Positions 12,801 to 27,800 of a stretch of 64,000 nucleotides of DNA are shown piece after piece. The translations under genes were made by a program, and so were the position numbers. This DNA is from Antedon mediterranea. Its lineage: Eukaryota; Animalia; Echinodermata. Location of the stretch: positions 18,101,648 to 18,165,647 of the forward strand of contig NC_092673.1 in NCBI RefSeq assembly GCF_964355755.1. Direction: 5' to 3'. Positions within the stretch are counted from its first letter, which is position 1; the number at the start of each line of letters is the position of its first letter. The notes below the pieces were generated by a model, which saw nothing but the letters and a program-made list of their open reading frames with translations, made no database searches and was not told the origin of the DNA.

Positions 12801-15800
12801 TTTTGTTTATTTATCGCCAAACGCGAGTGTTGCCACACGAAAATTACACAGTCAATATCATCGTACTCAAGAATTTGCTGGATTTTATATGTTTAATGAC
12901 AGGGACACGATAACTACGCGAAAATTACTCAGTCAATATCATCATACTCGAGGATATATACAATTTATGATCCTCGCAGCGGTAGTCATGTGATGCAGTT
13001 TCAACCAATCACGTGAACGTATTTACATAGGCTAATTAATTTCTTCAAGCAAGTTGCGTAGCGCTGCAGGTAAAACGTTGTCTCGTGATGATGTGGGCTA
13101 ATCTTCGCGAGTTCAAGTCTCAGTAGATGACACGAAAGTTACACAGTCAATATCATGATACTTGAGAATTTTATTTATTTTATTTTTATTTTATTCAGTT
13201 GACAACCAACAGCAATGAAACCGCCACTAACAGGTTGAATCTAAACATGATAAACTATAATAATACTCAAATAAGCAACAATAACATAAACAAAGATTGG
13301 AACATTATAGAGATTGATTTTTAATTAACCTGCAAACAAAAATGTAACTTACTACGCCAATAAGGTTGATGTTTATATGCCACAACTCTACAGATCACAC
13401 ATAGACCGATGTAATGCGAATAATGTATTTTAATAACTGTCAATCACTCAATACAACAACATGGGAATCAAAGCAACAACGAACGAACAACGCCAGCCCA
13501 TGAGGGCGCACTGGCGCTATCTATCAAATCTCCTAAATCCCTTTGAAAATTGACACGGATTTTATATGTTTAATGACAGGGACACGATAATTACTCGAAA
13601 ATTACTCCGTCAATATCATCATACTCGAGGATATATACCATTTACAATCCTTGCAGTGCTACTCATATGATGCAGTTTCAACCAATCACGTTCACGTATT
13701 TACATAGGCTATGTAATATAAATAAATATTTAGCCTTGCCTTGGTGGTACTGTTACTAGTACTAACTAAAAAGGGAACCATACCTGAATGTGAAAGTTGA
13801 CAAACTTTTATAGGCTAAAACCAATCATATAACACTTAAGTCCAATTATGCGCAATTGCAGTTGAGTTTTTACAAGTAGTGTTAAATGCAATTCAACTTC
13901 AGTGGAAATAGAATGTACTGCACTTAAGTCAAATGTATTGCACTTAAGTCAAATGTATTATACTTAGTTGAATACAATTGTACTTCAATGCAATGTATTG
14001 TATCAAGGTAAATTCAAGGTATTTGTCTTAAGTTTAACTTGGAGGTAACTGATAAAATTGCTTGCCATAGCAGTGATGCTTCATCTTTGGTTCGCATATT
14101 GTTATACTGAATTCTATGTGTATAATGTTAATATATGTTGTGAATTTTCAATTATGTATACAGTTCAAATATGAGTGGGATATTCTTGTTTTTGTATACT
14201 GGTCCCCCTTCCACAATACTTGACCCCTCTCAAATTTAGCATTAGATGCGCCCCTGCTTCAATAGGATCAAATCCCCCTTGTCATTCCCCCTCTCCAATG
14301 ATCTGTGTCATGAATATTTAAAAGTGTTGCCAAGCTGACGTGACTTTTTATATAGTTCTTTTATTTTAAAAATTATATGTAATTGTTTTGTTTTTGGTAA
14401 TTTTTCAGATTTACCAAGTCCTGTTAGTGATCAATTTGAGAAACTAAAGGTTGAAAAACAGAATGGTGAGTTTAAGAATCATCATCAGAATTTACTTTTC
14501 ATTGAATTATAAAGTATTCTACTATCCTTCTAAACAGGACTGTCTGTATGTCAACCAATGCATATCTGTAGATACCTTGGCTTACTACTAGTAACAATTT
14601 CTCTCTGAAAGTTCATTTATTGGGCATCAGACATTTGCAAACACTAAGTAACTAATTGATAATATAATAATGTTGATTAAAAATCCAAAAAATCCAATAT
14701 GCAAAAAAAATAAATAAACAAAGCAGAAACTGTTGGCCTACACTGTAGCTATCCACAGAATAATAGAGTATTTCAAAAAAGAGTTTGAGGGGAAAAAGTG
14801 CTTAATCAATTCAATTTCTTTTATTTCATTCTTAAATTTCATCCATACCAACAAACGTACAAACAGAAAAAAGAAAATTTGCAAACTCTAAGCTTAAATA
14901 TATATGATATTTCTCCATCTACAATACATATGTTTGCAAACACAAGCAACAAGAATTTTACAACTATATTCAACATACATTGCATGAAACCTTAGATAGA
15001 TTTTAGCATATACTCATTAAGGGAAAGGACACTATGTTCAATAAACATCATACTGATGGCACTACTGATTCTAGAGACATTCAGTATATGGCGCAGAGCA
15101 TTATTTTAGCATACATTAAGAGATCTAAATGTCTTAGATGGTCACACCAAAGGGCAGCATAATAAAGATTAATACAATAAGATCTAAAGAGGCAACATAA
15201 CATTATATTAGTAATTTGCGATTGAGTGAACCCCACCCTGTCTAACTCCATTAGATACTGTAAATGGAATATATATGTTGTACAGGAGAGGGGACATAAC
15301 CCCACCCTGTCTAACTACATTAGATACTGTAAATGGAATATATATGTTGTACAGGAGAGGGGACATAACCCCACCCTGTCTAACTACATTAGATACTGTA
15401 AATGGAATATATATGTTGTACAGGAGAGGGGACATAACCCCACCCTGTCTAACTCCATTGGATACTGTGGATTGGAAACAGAGTTACCCCAATGTATCAC
15501 AAAACTTTGTTTCTCATACCAACATTTGAGCAATTTAACAATACAAAGATTCATACCATTGTTAATGAGCTTACTATGAAGAGTCCACATTGATTGACTT
15601 GATCAAAAGCCTTACTGGCATCTAGAGAGCAGGCAAAAACTGGGCTACCATTTCTATTGTAGTAGTCAATGACATGTTTTAATACAAAGATACAAGTATC
15701 AGTCGAGTGTTTTGCTTTAAATGCAAATTGGTAGTCGCTGGATTCAAGTGAGTTACCACAGTGACTGATCAAAATAAATTAAAAAAACTTAGATAATACA

Positions 15801-18800
15801 GAAGCTAAAGCATAGGGGTATAGTTGTTGTTATTAGTAATATCACCTGATTTACTCTTAACAATCGGCACTAATAACTAGAATAACACATGACCATGACA
15901 CAGCATATCATTAAAGCATATACTCAATAAGATATTAACCCTTTAAAGACATGGCTCGCATCCCATACGGGGTAATTTACTGTCCCAGGACATGCAATCA
16001 GGCGCAGGATTGGTTAAAGCAAATAACAGAATAGGCAAATTGATTGGTTTTTTCATTGGAAAGCAGCAAATAAGCCTATCCTACAACACTGCCAAAAGCA
16101 GTCCCACTGTCCATTTGACCAATCCTGCGCTTGTTTTAAGACATGGGGCCCGTATATGTACGGGTTGACTTTTTGGGGTCACTAAATTGCACTTTTTGAG
16201 CATTTGACCTTTGAACTAGGCAAAACAAAAATTTTTGGAAGGCTAAAACATTTCACATAATAAATCCAACAATTGCAGAAAGTTACAGCCATAAAAATGG
16301 ATTTTTGCATTTTTCCTAAACCTATTAAAAATACCTTATTTATTAGCCTCTGTCACTTGTGGTAGAAACCTTGCGTCTTCAAATGGTTAAGTCCTTTACT
16401 AGCATATTTAATGTGTGCACAATAATAATTTATTATTATACTGTATGACACACACATCAATGTAAACAATTAACCATTACAGTGTGTTACATGCATGAAT
16501 GCAGATGTAGAAAATGTGTAATGGAATAATAGGAATAAAGATTGTATGAAATTGTGTGTTAATCCTGGAAAGTTCAATTTCAATTTCAATATTATAACAT
16601 AAAAAACATAAAACTATAGTTTGTTAATAAATATAATTCCATAAAAATACAATGAAAAGTAGTTCAGTCATGTGAAGAGAGTAATGTAAGTCGAAGATAT
16701 AACATTAAAAATACAAAAAAGAAGAAAAAATACATGAACTAATAGTATATTTAAAAAAAAACAAAGCTACAATTTCTATTTAAACCACTTTATCCGATCT
16801 TAACTGGTATATTTAACGTTCATCATATCTAGAAAGTAAAAGACAAAACATTAATTTAAAAACACAGTGTAAATATCTATAATAGAATGAGTATTGTATT
16901 GTTCATATAATTATGAATAAGCTGGTGTGGTGTTGATACACAGCAGAAACTGGCTATTCTATAAATATAACCATTGAGAAGTAATTTCTTCATGATATAA
17001 ATAAACACATGTGTATGATAAATCAGGTTGAAATAAAATAATTTGCATTGTGTAATGAAGACAATTGTGACAATGGCTATTTATCAAATACCATTAAGTA
17101 ATATCTTACATTAGATTTTTATTTTTCAGATCAAATTATGGAAGTAATTGTGGGATTTGCTGGTGAAACACTTCATCTTAAGGATGAAGACATCAAGTTG
17201 GAGATACATTCTGAAGCAATTGAAGGGGAAACAGTTAAAGTATCGCTAGAAAATTTTTCTGAGGAAACAGGCATGCCTGTACTTCATTCTCATGAATCAA
17301 TAATATCACCTATTGTTAAATGTGGACCAGAAGGCACCAGCTTCAAAAAGCCCATTTCATTGTCATTTCCACACGATGCTGTAAATGAAGAGAATTGGAA
17401 ATTCACTCTACTTGTTAAAGATCGCATTCAAGATGAATGGAAACGTGATGAAAAGGACATACAGTTTACTTTAAAAAACGGTCGATGTTGTATAACATTA
17501 ATTCATTTCAGTTTTTATGCACTAATTGGTCATATAAGAAATTTCTTTGGTAAGAAAAGAATGTTGTTAGGAGTTTTTGGAAAGATGCTTGCAAATGATG
17601 AATATCAACTTCAAACAAGACTTTTTAAGCCGTCAGATAAACAGGTAATTACTATTTGTTGTTAAACTGTATTTAAATAAAGTAGTTCTTAATTTACTTA
17701 CATTAACAAATATTTTCAAAATATAGATATAATAAATAGTTGCTTTGTCATATTTGGTCAATAACATTAACCTAGAGTAGTTAATTTGGCATAATATTTA
17801 TTCTCTTATTTTTATATCTATATATAAATTTACGTAAGGGCAAAAATCGGTAAATCGCGCGTTATTTCTAGAATGTTTACTCGATGGTATATACAGTTGG
17901 TTAGAATCTCGGTACTCATTTTAACCACCTGATGTAACCCTGTTTACTAATTAAATTGAGTTAGATAATTAGTTATTGACAATTAAAACAAATTTAGGTT
18001 CAACGATTTGCCCCAAATAGGGGTGTTTTCTGATCGTGGCATACACTGTCTAATGGATGTCAATTTGAAAAATACCCGCATACGATAATACAAGGACACT
18101 TCGCATTTTCCTATCTCCTCCTACGATAATTGTTTTTAATAGCTGAAAACCGGTTGAACAGTTCGAGTACAGTATCATAATGTTAAAGACAGGCCGATTT
18201 TCCTTAAAAAATGCTATTTTGATAGATTTAATATAGGTTTATATAAATGTATTGATTTGCGATGAATGGAACATTCCAATCTCTGTTCTACAAGTGTCTA
18301 TTCCCTCAGGCGTCGTAACGGCAAATACTGTATACTCATAACAGAAATTCGATCAATTTTTTTTTCAATCTGTGCTGCAGAGGTTGGATATAGATTTTTT
18401 TAACGGATAATGAGCTAGCGTTTTCAGTCGCCGTATATTATGTACAGATCTTTATTATTGCAGTTAAACCACCCCGGGAACCACCCACATCATCACCCTT
18501 CCCTCACTGGCATGAGTAGCGTTGTTGTAAAGCCAGTAGAGGATAGGCCTACGGTGGTACGAAGGATCAACAACAACTTTGGTGGGTAGGGTAGGAACCA
18601 ACTTAAGTATGAATTGGCTCTAGAAACAATTGAAAACCATTAGGCCTACTAATTAAGTTGAGTTAGATAATTTAATATTTATTAACGATTAAATCAAATT
18701 TATGATTTGCCCCGAATAGAGGTGGTTTTCACAAATTGTTTAACATTATATAAACATATATACGTCGTAGTGATGTATCGTTACATGTACTGTACTATTT

Positions 18801-21800
18801 CAATCGATTAGGACGGTGATAGTTTCAACAAAGTAATTACATCGCCGCAATGTTTTACTGTGTTTAGTGGTATATTATTTGTAAAACATGAAAACAATTA
18901 ATATTTCGTTACTAAATGGATAAAGAATATATTTAAAAATTGTTCCTCTTTGCACCCATCCTCTTCCCCATCCCTCAACCATAATGTTACATACAAAACA
19001 CAAATTAAGTTTGTTTAAATTTGACTTAAACAATTGGTTTCATTTTGTGACAAGTTTCTCTTTCGGAAGTAATTCCCAGGGTGCTAATTTTAGTTGAGCA
19101 CATAAATCACAGTGTCTATTTATTTATTCGTTCCTGTAAACGACATGTATTATTGTCCTGCATTATTGTACATTTGAAATCACCAGTTTTTTAACGCTGA
19201 AATTATAATGTATTCGAGAACTATCTGTGGGCACGACCTAGATGGTTTGCGAGCGAAGCGAGCTTACCATCTAGTACCTTAAAATTATACAGTGTACAAT
19301 CATGTATTGAATTGATTCCTGATCATTATAAAATATGCTGTAAAGAAGTAAACATGATGATTGCATTGTACACTTCCCTCATATAATTAATAAACTAATA
19401 TACACAGTCACAAATAACAGTAAGTATATGTATTTCAGACGATAAAAGAAGAGCACAGTGAAATTGGTGAGAAGCCTTTAATAACACCAGTAGATATACT
19501 ATCTATGTATATGGACATGAACATTACTGTAGCAGTATCAGAACAGGAATGGAAAGTTCATGAGAAAAAAAAAGTAGGAATATCAATATTTTTAGTAGAT
19601 TGGCATGGTAAAGAATTATGCATTAAACATGTTTTTGCAGGAATACCACATAACTTGAGAATTCATAATGATAATTGATCAATAAATAAAATCTCTATTG
19701 CTATCCATATATTTAGCATACTGGATCACGATACTGAGTTAAGATCTTTAACTCTGTCTACACTGTCAAAAACTAGTTTGACAAAAAAAGTGTGATATAT
19801 ACAAATATGGTAGTGATATGCCCAAAAATGGTAGTGATATGACATCATCTTGTCCATATATAGGCACATTTTGTTTGATAGTGTAGACAGAGCTTTAGAA
19901 TAAAAATGCTGTCTTTTGATTAGTCTCGTTGGAGGATGCACACTTTTAATTGCAGTTAGCCATTTTTGTATTTCTCATTGAGAGAAAAACTCTTTGAATG
20001 AAAGCATTATCATAACATATAACACATAACATTATAAACAAAATTATTTAAAAAAAAATGTATTCACCAAAGCAATCAATTTAACTACAGTGCCTTTCAG
20101 CTGTAACTTTTTATCTCCTGGCTCCTTTTTTCCCTTAGACTGTCACTGCTGAATACCTATGGCGTGGAACACCATTGAAGAATTTTCTTTTAAAAAGAGG
20201 TAATTCATCAGCAAAAGTCCTAAAGGCAACAGTATCACTGTCACAAGAGTCAAATGATATTGATCCAGTGGAAGTGAATTGTAAGTATTTAAAATGCAAC
20301 AACAATTAAAGTCTAAATTTAGAATGATTGTAATAAATAAAATGTACTATTCAAATACGGTAATCAGACATTACCATCCATGACAATAACCACCCATTAT
20401 TAACTGTACCATTGTTAGAATATGGGGTGGAATCAATATAGGTGTTGGCTTGTTTTTTATCTAGCACTACAATACACTTTGGTTACATTGCTAGTTCCTA
20501 AAACACCTTAATTCTTCCGCATATCAAGCAGAGGATTTTTATTTCGAATATCGGTTGGGTGTTTTTTTTTCTAATTCTTACAGATTTTCTCATCTTAATT
20601 TTTTTATATTATTTAATTTCCAGTATAATATTACTAGTCAAGTTTTTCTATATATATATACACTATATATAAATCTGGTTTCTTTTTTTATTGAAAAAAT
20701 GATTAAATATTTTATTTGTTATAGGTAATGTTGAGACATCAGGACCAAATCCAGGTATGTTATATTAATTGTGGTAATGATTAAGTCTGTTTTCACCTTG
20801 ACCAGAGAAAAGGCATAAGCCAATACGTCTGAGGCAGATACTAGATGCAAGGGCTGCCAGCAGTTCTGATTTTAAATGCTTGATGGGATCTCAACTCCCA
20901 GACGGTCTCCCATCCAAGCTCCAACCGGGTCCAACGTTGCTCAACTTTGGTGATCAGACAAGAAAACCAGTGTTTCAACATGATAAGGCCGTATCATATC
21001 ATGTAGTGCATGAACAAACAAAAAAACAGACTACAATTTGTAGAATTTAATTCACCACCATTTCTATGGAAAATTATACAATAAAGAGTGCCCTTAAGCA
21101 CTATTTTGTCTGGCACTATTAGCCAGATTTTATCAACTTTACAGGTTATATTCCAACCAATGTGAATAGTTTTATGGTAAGCGCCGGCAGGCATCTATGC
21201 CAGCATGCCTATGAACATTTTTAGACCATGATACATTATAGCAAATATATTTACTGTAATTTTTAGCTAATTTGTTCATCCCATGCTGGTACAGGTGTTC
21301 CTCCCAGTACAGGTGTGTCTTCTGGTACAGGTGTGTCTTCAGGTACAGGTGTGTCTTCAGGTACAGGTGTTCCTTCCAGTACAGGTGTGTATTCTGGTGC
21401 AGGTGTGTCTTCTTGTACAGATAAACAAAATTTTCAAAACTTTCTTTTATTTAAAAGTCGAAGATAGCCAGGTCTCGGGTCCATTCTGTTGTCGTCACAG
21501 ATTGATATCTTCATCAGTACTTCTATGAATGGATGATTAGGTGGGAACACGAACGCTAGTTGATCATACCCAGTACCGTTTTGATCGTACGATTAATCGG
21601 GAAACCTCCTCACGATATATATAACATATTCTATATAATAACATTAAAATGTTTACTTTTCTTGTCACAGTTACATAGTAATATTTTTAGTTAATGGTTA
21701 TAGTTACTCAATAATAGTATAATTGTTTGTTGCAGAAACAAGAAATCCATTGGAAGACAAGTTCAACAAGTTAAATTATGATCTCAGTGAAGTATTTATG

Positions 21801-24800
21801 AAGTATCAGAAAAGATATTATTTTTTGAGATGTTGTCTCTCTGAGCACATTGCATTACAGGTCCTTGGCAATAGAGATTGCATAGCAAATGATTATTTCA
21901 ATGAACTCTCTGAGAAAGGATATATCAAACCAACTGATGTTGGTCTTTTGCTAAATATTGCAGAATTATCAGAAATTCAGGAAGCTAGAAATGTTGTAGC
22001 ACAGTATATGAGAGACAACAATGTTAAAAATACTGATAGACATAAGTTGTCCCCATATAGGAAAAGATTGTGCAAGGCATTGAGAGAGTTTAACCCAAAT
22101 GAAATCAATAAGATTAATGCTTTTTATCAATTGGAATTATCAACCATTTGGGATGTCGCATTTGAGTTAGAGAGGAAAAACAAATTAGTGAATAAATCAC
22201 AGAGAAAAGCGTTTGCTAACATTCTTGGACCAACTCCTAAGAAGATACTTGGTATGTACAATATTTTTTGTATTAAAAAATTGTCTATAGAGTAGGTGTT
22301 GTTAATAAAAATATTAGTTTTTATGAAAAGATTTTGCTGGTGGCCTTTATTTTACACTGACAATCTGTATTGATAAGAAAATACTAAAAGTACAGTACAT
22401 TTTCTCACATCAGATCAGACCATATGTTTTAGTATGTGGCTGCCTTGAATGAAAACTTCAAAACTATTGCAGAGAAATTCATTTTTAATGCTAATTTATT
22501 TAAAAAAAATAAACAACAGACAAAATAGCTAATAGTATTATTAAAGACACCTTCCCTACAATTTGTGACGTTTTGTAAAAATAATACATACATATTACTT
22601 TAAAAACATTAAACCAGGTCATTCCTTGTCGTAAATGTACGTTTTATGGTAAATTATGATAAAAAGTGAGAAACAATGCACTACCTAAGTAGCTCGCGGC
22701 GAGTGACCTCTCGTAGTCGGTCTTTAGGCCTAGCCTAGCTAGGCTTAGTTTTGTAGGCCTAGCTGGTAAACATCGGTAACGTACGAACATCGTACGCTAC
22801 CTATATACCTAGCCTGACGTTGTATAGTTGCTGCATTAATTGTCTTTCTATTTTTGCCAGACTCCGTTGATACAAATTGAGGAAAACCCGGTATTTTCGC
22901 TGAAAAGTTAGGAGTCTTCCATTTGTTTTGGCCTCACGATCGATCGAAAAGTGGGTGAATTACATACGGAAAAAAAAAAAATATCAATCCGCGCGCAATG
23001 CATTTTGCGATTTATAGCGGGCCGCTATAATTATTAGAATCGGCTTATTTTTCACATTTTTAATCATTTAAAGACGAAAAAAGTTATCGCAATAGGACCA
23101 TATAGTATTAACATTAAATATAGTTTGAGATCTTAAATTAGATCTAAAAAATGTAGGGAAGGTGTCTTTAATGTCACCAAGTTAATTTAATGATAGATGA
23201 TACCACACATACTGACATGAAATTATTAAAATATTTAAAAAAAATCGTATCTCTTCACAGATGAGCAAGACGATACAGCGACTACTACACAAGCCAGTGA
23301 ACAAGGTATGATCCATTGATGATACAGTCAAGTGTATAAATACTAATTTACATTTTGTCAAACCAAAATTGAACTGTTCACCGCTGTTAAAAAACCAAGC
23401 ATTATTATTATTAAACTATCTGTTTTTTTTGGCTTAACTCTTTCACTGCGTGTACCCGGTATTACTAAGTATAAACAAATGTCGTTGAACTGTGGTATAC
23501 TCGGTATTACCGGGTATGAGAAAAATTATTATTTATTTGTATTTGCCTATAATATAGCACCCTCTATAGTTTTTTGATAAACTTGAATACAGTATTTGCA
23601 ATTCATTAAAACTAATTTTTAGCACAACATGCGCCCTCTATAGTTGTTAATATCGTCTTGAAATTTCTATTTCAACTTGCGCCCTCTATCACATGTTATT
23701 ATTATTATAACCTTGTAATTAAAATTATTTTAACCATGGAAAGTTATATTATTAACTACAATGACACATAAACATTCTCCAGTTACCAATTTACCCACCC
23801 CAATAGAACAATATCATGTTCATTCTGCAAAAAGAATTCTGAATTAGTTGTTAGTTTTTCTGTAACAATGATTTGATGATTTTGACCAACAATTTATGCC
23901 TAATTTTTTATAAAATGATAAAAATAATTCAAATTTGTTTGATATTTTTATTCGTTACACATATCTTCATCAATATCCAGTGGGAAAACCATATTCCATA
24001 AAAACTATAGAAAAAATAGTTTTTATCATAAATTGATAAAAAAAACAGAAAATCCAAAATAGATGTAATGATGTCATTAATATGCAAATTAGCTTTTTTT
24101 TTACTTCTAACCATAGACCAACCTTTTAAAATAATTAAAAAATTATGTCATTTATTCTTTTTTGCACATTTCTTAAATGCATATGCACATAGCTGGGACT
24201 AATGCTTCAATGAAGTAAATGTTTGTGTATATTAAATAATTAATAATTTATTGCCATCTGCCACAACTTCCCATCTTATTAAAATAATACTAATGACAAT
24301 GGCAGTGAAATAAGAAATAATACTTGGACAAAACATGCAAAATTGTATTATTTCACAAGATTCCAATAAAAACTACTTTTTCACAGATGTGCAAGATGGT
24401 TCAGTGACCTCTGCATTAGCACAGTCTGACATCCAAGGCAGTCAACAAGGTAGGATCCATTGATTACATTTAAAAATAAAACTAAATAGACATATTATAA
24501 TAATAACTGTAGCACATTTTGAGTTATTCAAAATGTATACATTTTAGATGAAAATGTATAGTTATGTTACTCTCCAAAATGAACATAAAATGTATAGTTA
24601 TGTTACTCTCCAAAATGAACATAAAATGTATAGTTATGTTACTCACCAAAATGAACATAAAATGTATAGTTATGTTACTCTCCAAAATGAACATAAAATG
24701 TATAGTTATGTTACTCTCCAAAATGAACATAAAATGTATAGTTATGTTACTCTCCAAAATGAAAATGATGAACATAAACAGTCATTTATTTGTGTGTCAC

Positions 24801-27800
24801 TCATACAAAATAAAAAGCTTTGTCATTAATGTGTAATATATAACTGTCTTTTTTGTATTTTTGTTTGAACAGAATTAACAAAGCTATTAGCATCAGATTC
24901 ACCAGTTACTGTTAATGAGGAATTAAAAACACAAATGAAGAAAGTGATGATTGAGGAACAGGAAAGAAAACTTGAAGCAGAGAGCGGTGAGTTAAGGATC
25001 ATAAATTAATTTACTTTTTATTTCGTCACACTCAACAGTGACACAAGTCAAGTCAATTGCAAAGTTCAACAATAGAAAATGATGAACATATTTAAACATA
25101 ATTATATAAACAAAATCCAAAGCAGTCTTAAGCTGGCCTTTAATATACTGTTCAACGTATACTAACAATAACTGTCTTTTCTGGATTTTTTTATTGAACA
25201 GAAGTGACAAAGCAGTTTCCATCGGATTCATCAGATACTCTTAGTGATGAATTTCAAACACAAGTAGTGGAACAGGAAACTAAACCTGAACCAGAGAGTG
25301 GTGAGTGTCATAAAATATTAGTTGTGTTATTATATGGTTAAAATAACTTTAAATGTAGAATGGATTTTAGCTACATTTTTTTTTTATTTCAACATTTATA
25401 AAAAAAAGAATGTCTTTAAACAGAATTAGAAAAAAATACTAAATTCATACATTTAAACGATTGATAAGGTAAATAACTTATTTAACTAATCTTTAAAACA
25501 ACATGTCTTTTATTATTTAGTCAAGAATAAAAGCTGATACATTGAACAATATCTGCATAAATACTGTCATGATATTTATATATAAGTTGCTGTGACACTT
25601 ACAGGCCACCGTACTTTGATCACACAAACAAAACATATTCATTATGGTCGGCAATGTATTATCAACAAACTTAAAAATAAGAGATAGTTCTCTATCCAAT
25701 GTAAATAGAACAGTTTATATTTCATCAAAGAACATATTGTTATTGTTAATCTTATTTTGATATGCTTGCTCTATAAATTCAACAACAGATTAATTATGAT
25801 TGGTCAAAGCTCTCTGTGAAGCTGTCAACATCTTTGAAAATAGGCTTCTGGGCTCAACTTACTAAGTATTTGCTGCCCCATATATCTGGGAAAATTGGCC
25901 GTTGGTAGAGACAAAATTTGAAATTTACTTTGTTATTTATAAAGTCGCAAATTAGCATGCAACATACAAATACATTGCAAAATAATAACAAATTGATATT
26001 AATTAATAATCAAATTAGGGTGTGTTACATTGTATAGGTCTATGGTACAGGGCTCAGGTGGCAGGCCTTTACTTTACTTGCCAACTAATGTTTATTTTTT
26101 TCTTATATAAATTTTCTGGTTTTTTATTGTAATAACCTAATGCTATTTTTTGTAATATATTAATAAACCATAAATCAATAAAAAAAAATGAGGTTCTGCA
26201 CAGTAAATGAAGATGATAATGGATGAAAATGTATTAGAAATTTATGTTATTGTGGTTGATTGTGTTGAGTAATGAATAATCAAGTGCTGTTGCTTGTGAT
26301 ATTTAATTCTTAATACTAATACTCATTTCAGATCTGCAGTCGCCAGAAAATGACAGGTAAGTAGTACTGTATAATGAGTGTATCACAGTATCTATACTGT
26401 TTATTTATACTCTCCAATACCATAGAGATAGACCAACACCCTGCTAGTTAATTGTTTGCCCTGAGATGATAGTCTGGAAGGGATACATATTATTACTATC
26501 ACTTGTGTGTCTATCAGTTCAGTTGTATATTAATAACATAACCTGTTAATACAACCATAAAGTTCAACCATAGAAATAGTGTTGAAACAATTATACACAA
26601 AATCAAGAATAACAAACATCAAAAGAACTTTTAAACCCAACAACCAAGTTATAATAATAATGAAACAATCCTGGTTTTATATAGAATTACATTCTGCATA
26701 AGCTTAACGGAGGATGACGGACCTTTTGTCCTACCAATATTTTTAATTTCAGTAAGATATATGCCACACTTCCGTTTTGGCCGACAGACTCCCATATTTA
26801 TACTTGTCTCTTAGACTAACGTGCTCCTGGTTTTATATTCTCCCGTATTACAAAGATAACTGAACTTTGATGTATATGTGTTGCTTTCTGCAATAAAATA
26901 TAAAAAAAAAAAGCTAAAAAAACATACAAATTTATGATATTTAAGTCATAATTTATTGATCACCTTATTGAAGGGGATTCTTTTCACATAGTCATTATGG
27001 TACCAATTGCTCCTTGCATTTCCTGATTTTGATAATAATACTGTAAAAAAGGGAGTGGGGATGGGTTGCTAGAACCATAAAACCCTCCTGCTTACGAGTC
27101 TGTTATCCTTATTATAGGGAGTGGGGAGGGGTTGCTAGACCATAAAACCCTCCTGCTTACGAGTCTGAATCCTTATTATAGGGAGTGGGGAGGGTTTGCT
27201 AGACCATAAAACCCTCCTGCTTACAAGTCTGTTATCCTTATTATAGGGAGTGGGGAGGGGTTGCTAGAACCATAAAACCCTCCTGCTTACGAGTCTGTTA
27301 TCCTTATTATAGGGAGTGGGGAGGGGTTGCTAGAACCATAAAACCCTCCTGCTTACGAGTCTGAATCCTTATTATAGGGAGTGGGGAGGGTTTGCTAGAC
27401 CATAAAACCCTCCTTCTTACGAGTATGTTATACTTATTATAGGGAGTGGGGAGGGTTTGCTAGACCATAAAACCCTCCTTCTTACGAGTCTGTTATCCTT
27501 ATTATAGGGAGTGGGGAGGGTTTGCTAGAACCATACTTACTTACGAGTCTGTTATCCTTATTATAGGGAGTGGGGAGGGTTTGCTAGAACCATACTTACT
27601 TACGAGTCTGTTATCCTTATTATAGGGAGTGGGGAGGGTTTGCTAAAACTATAAAACCCTCCTGCTTACGAGTCTGTTATCTTTATTATAGTTTTACTAA
27701 TGTGTACATATACATTTTTATTTTTAGCCTGAAAGAAAGCATACAGACATTTGTCAAAGGTAATTTCCTTAATCATTATTGATAATCTATACATTTTTAC

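Noticed and set aside
12280-13720. Repeat-like block with a tatattacatagcc/ggctatgtaatata inverted pair and internal duplications
   Set aside because: Probably a non-autonomous TE, but the boundaries and class could not be established
15081-15590. Repetitive ORFs on both strands
   Set aside because: Explained by a 69-bp triplication inside a dead LINE RT
24524-24836. Three overlapping repetitive ORFs
   Set aside because: Artefacts of the 36-bp minisatellite
25517-25699. 60-aa minus-strand ORF duplicated at 40928-41110
   Set aside because: Its conservation only reflects the near-identical intron duplication
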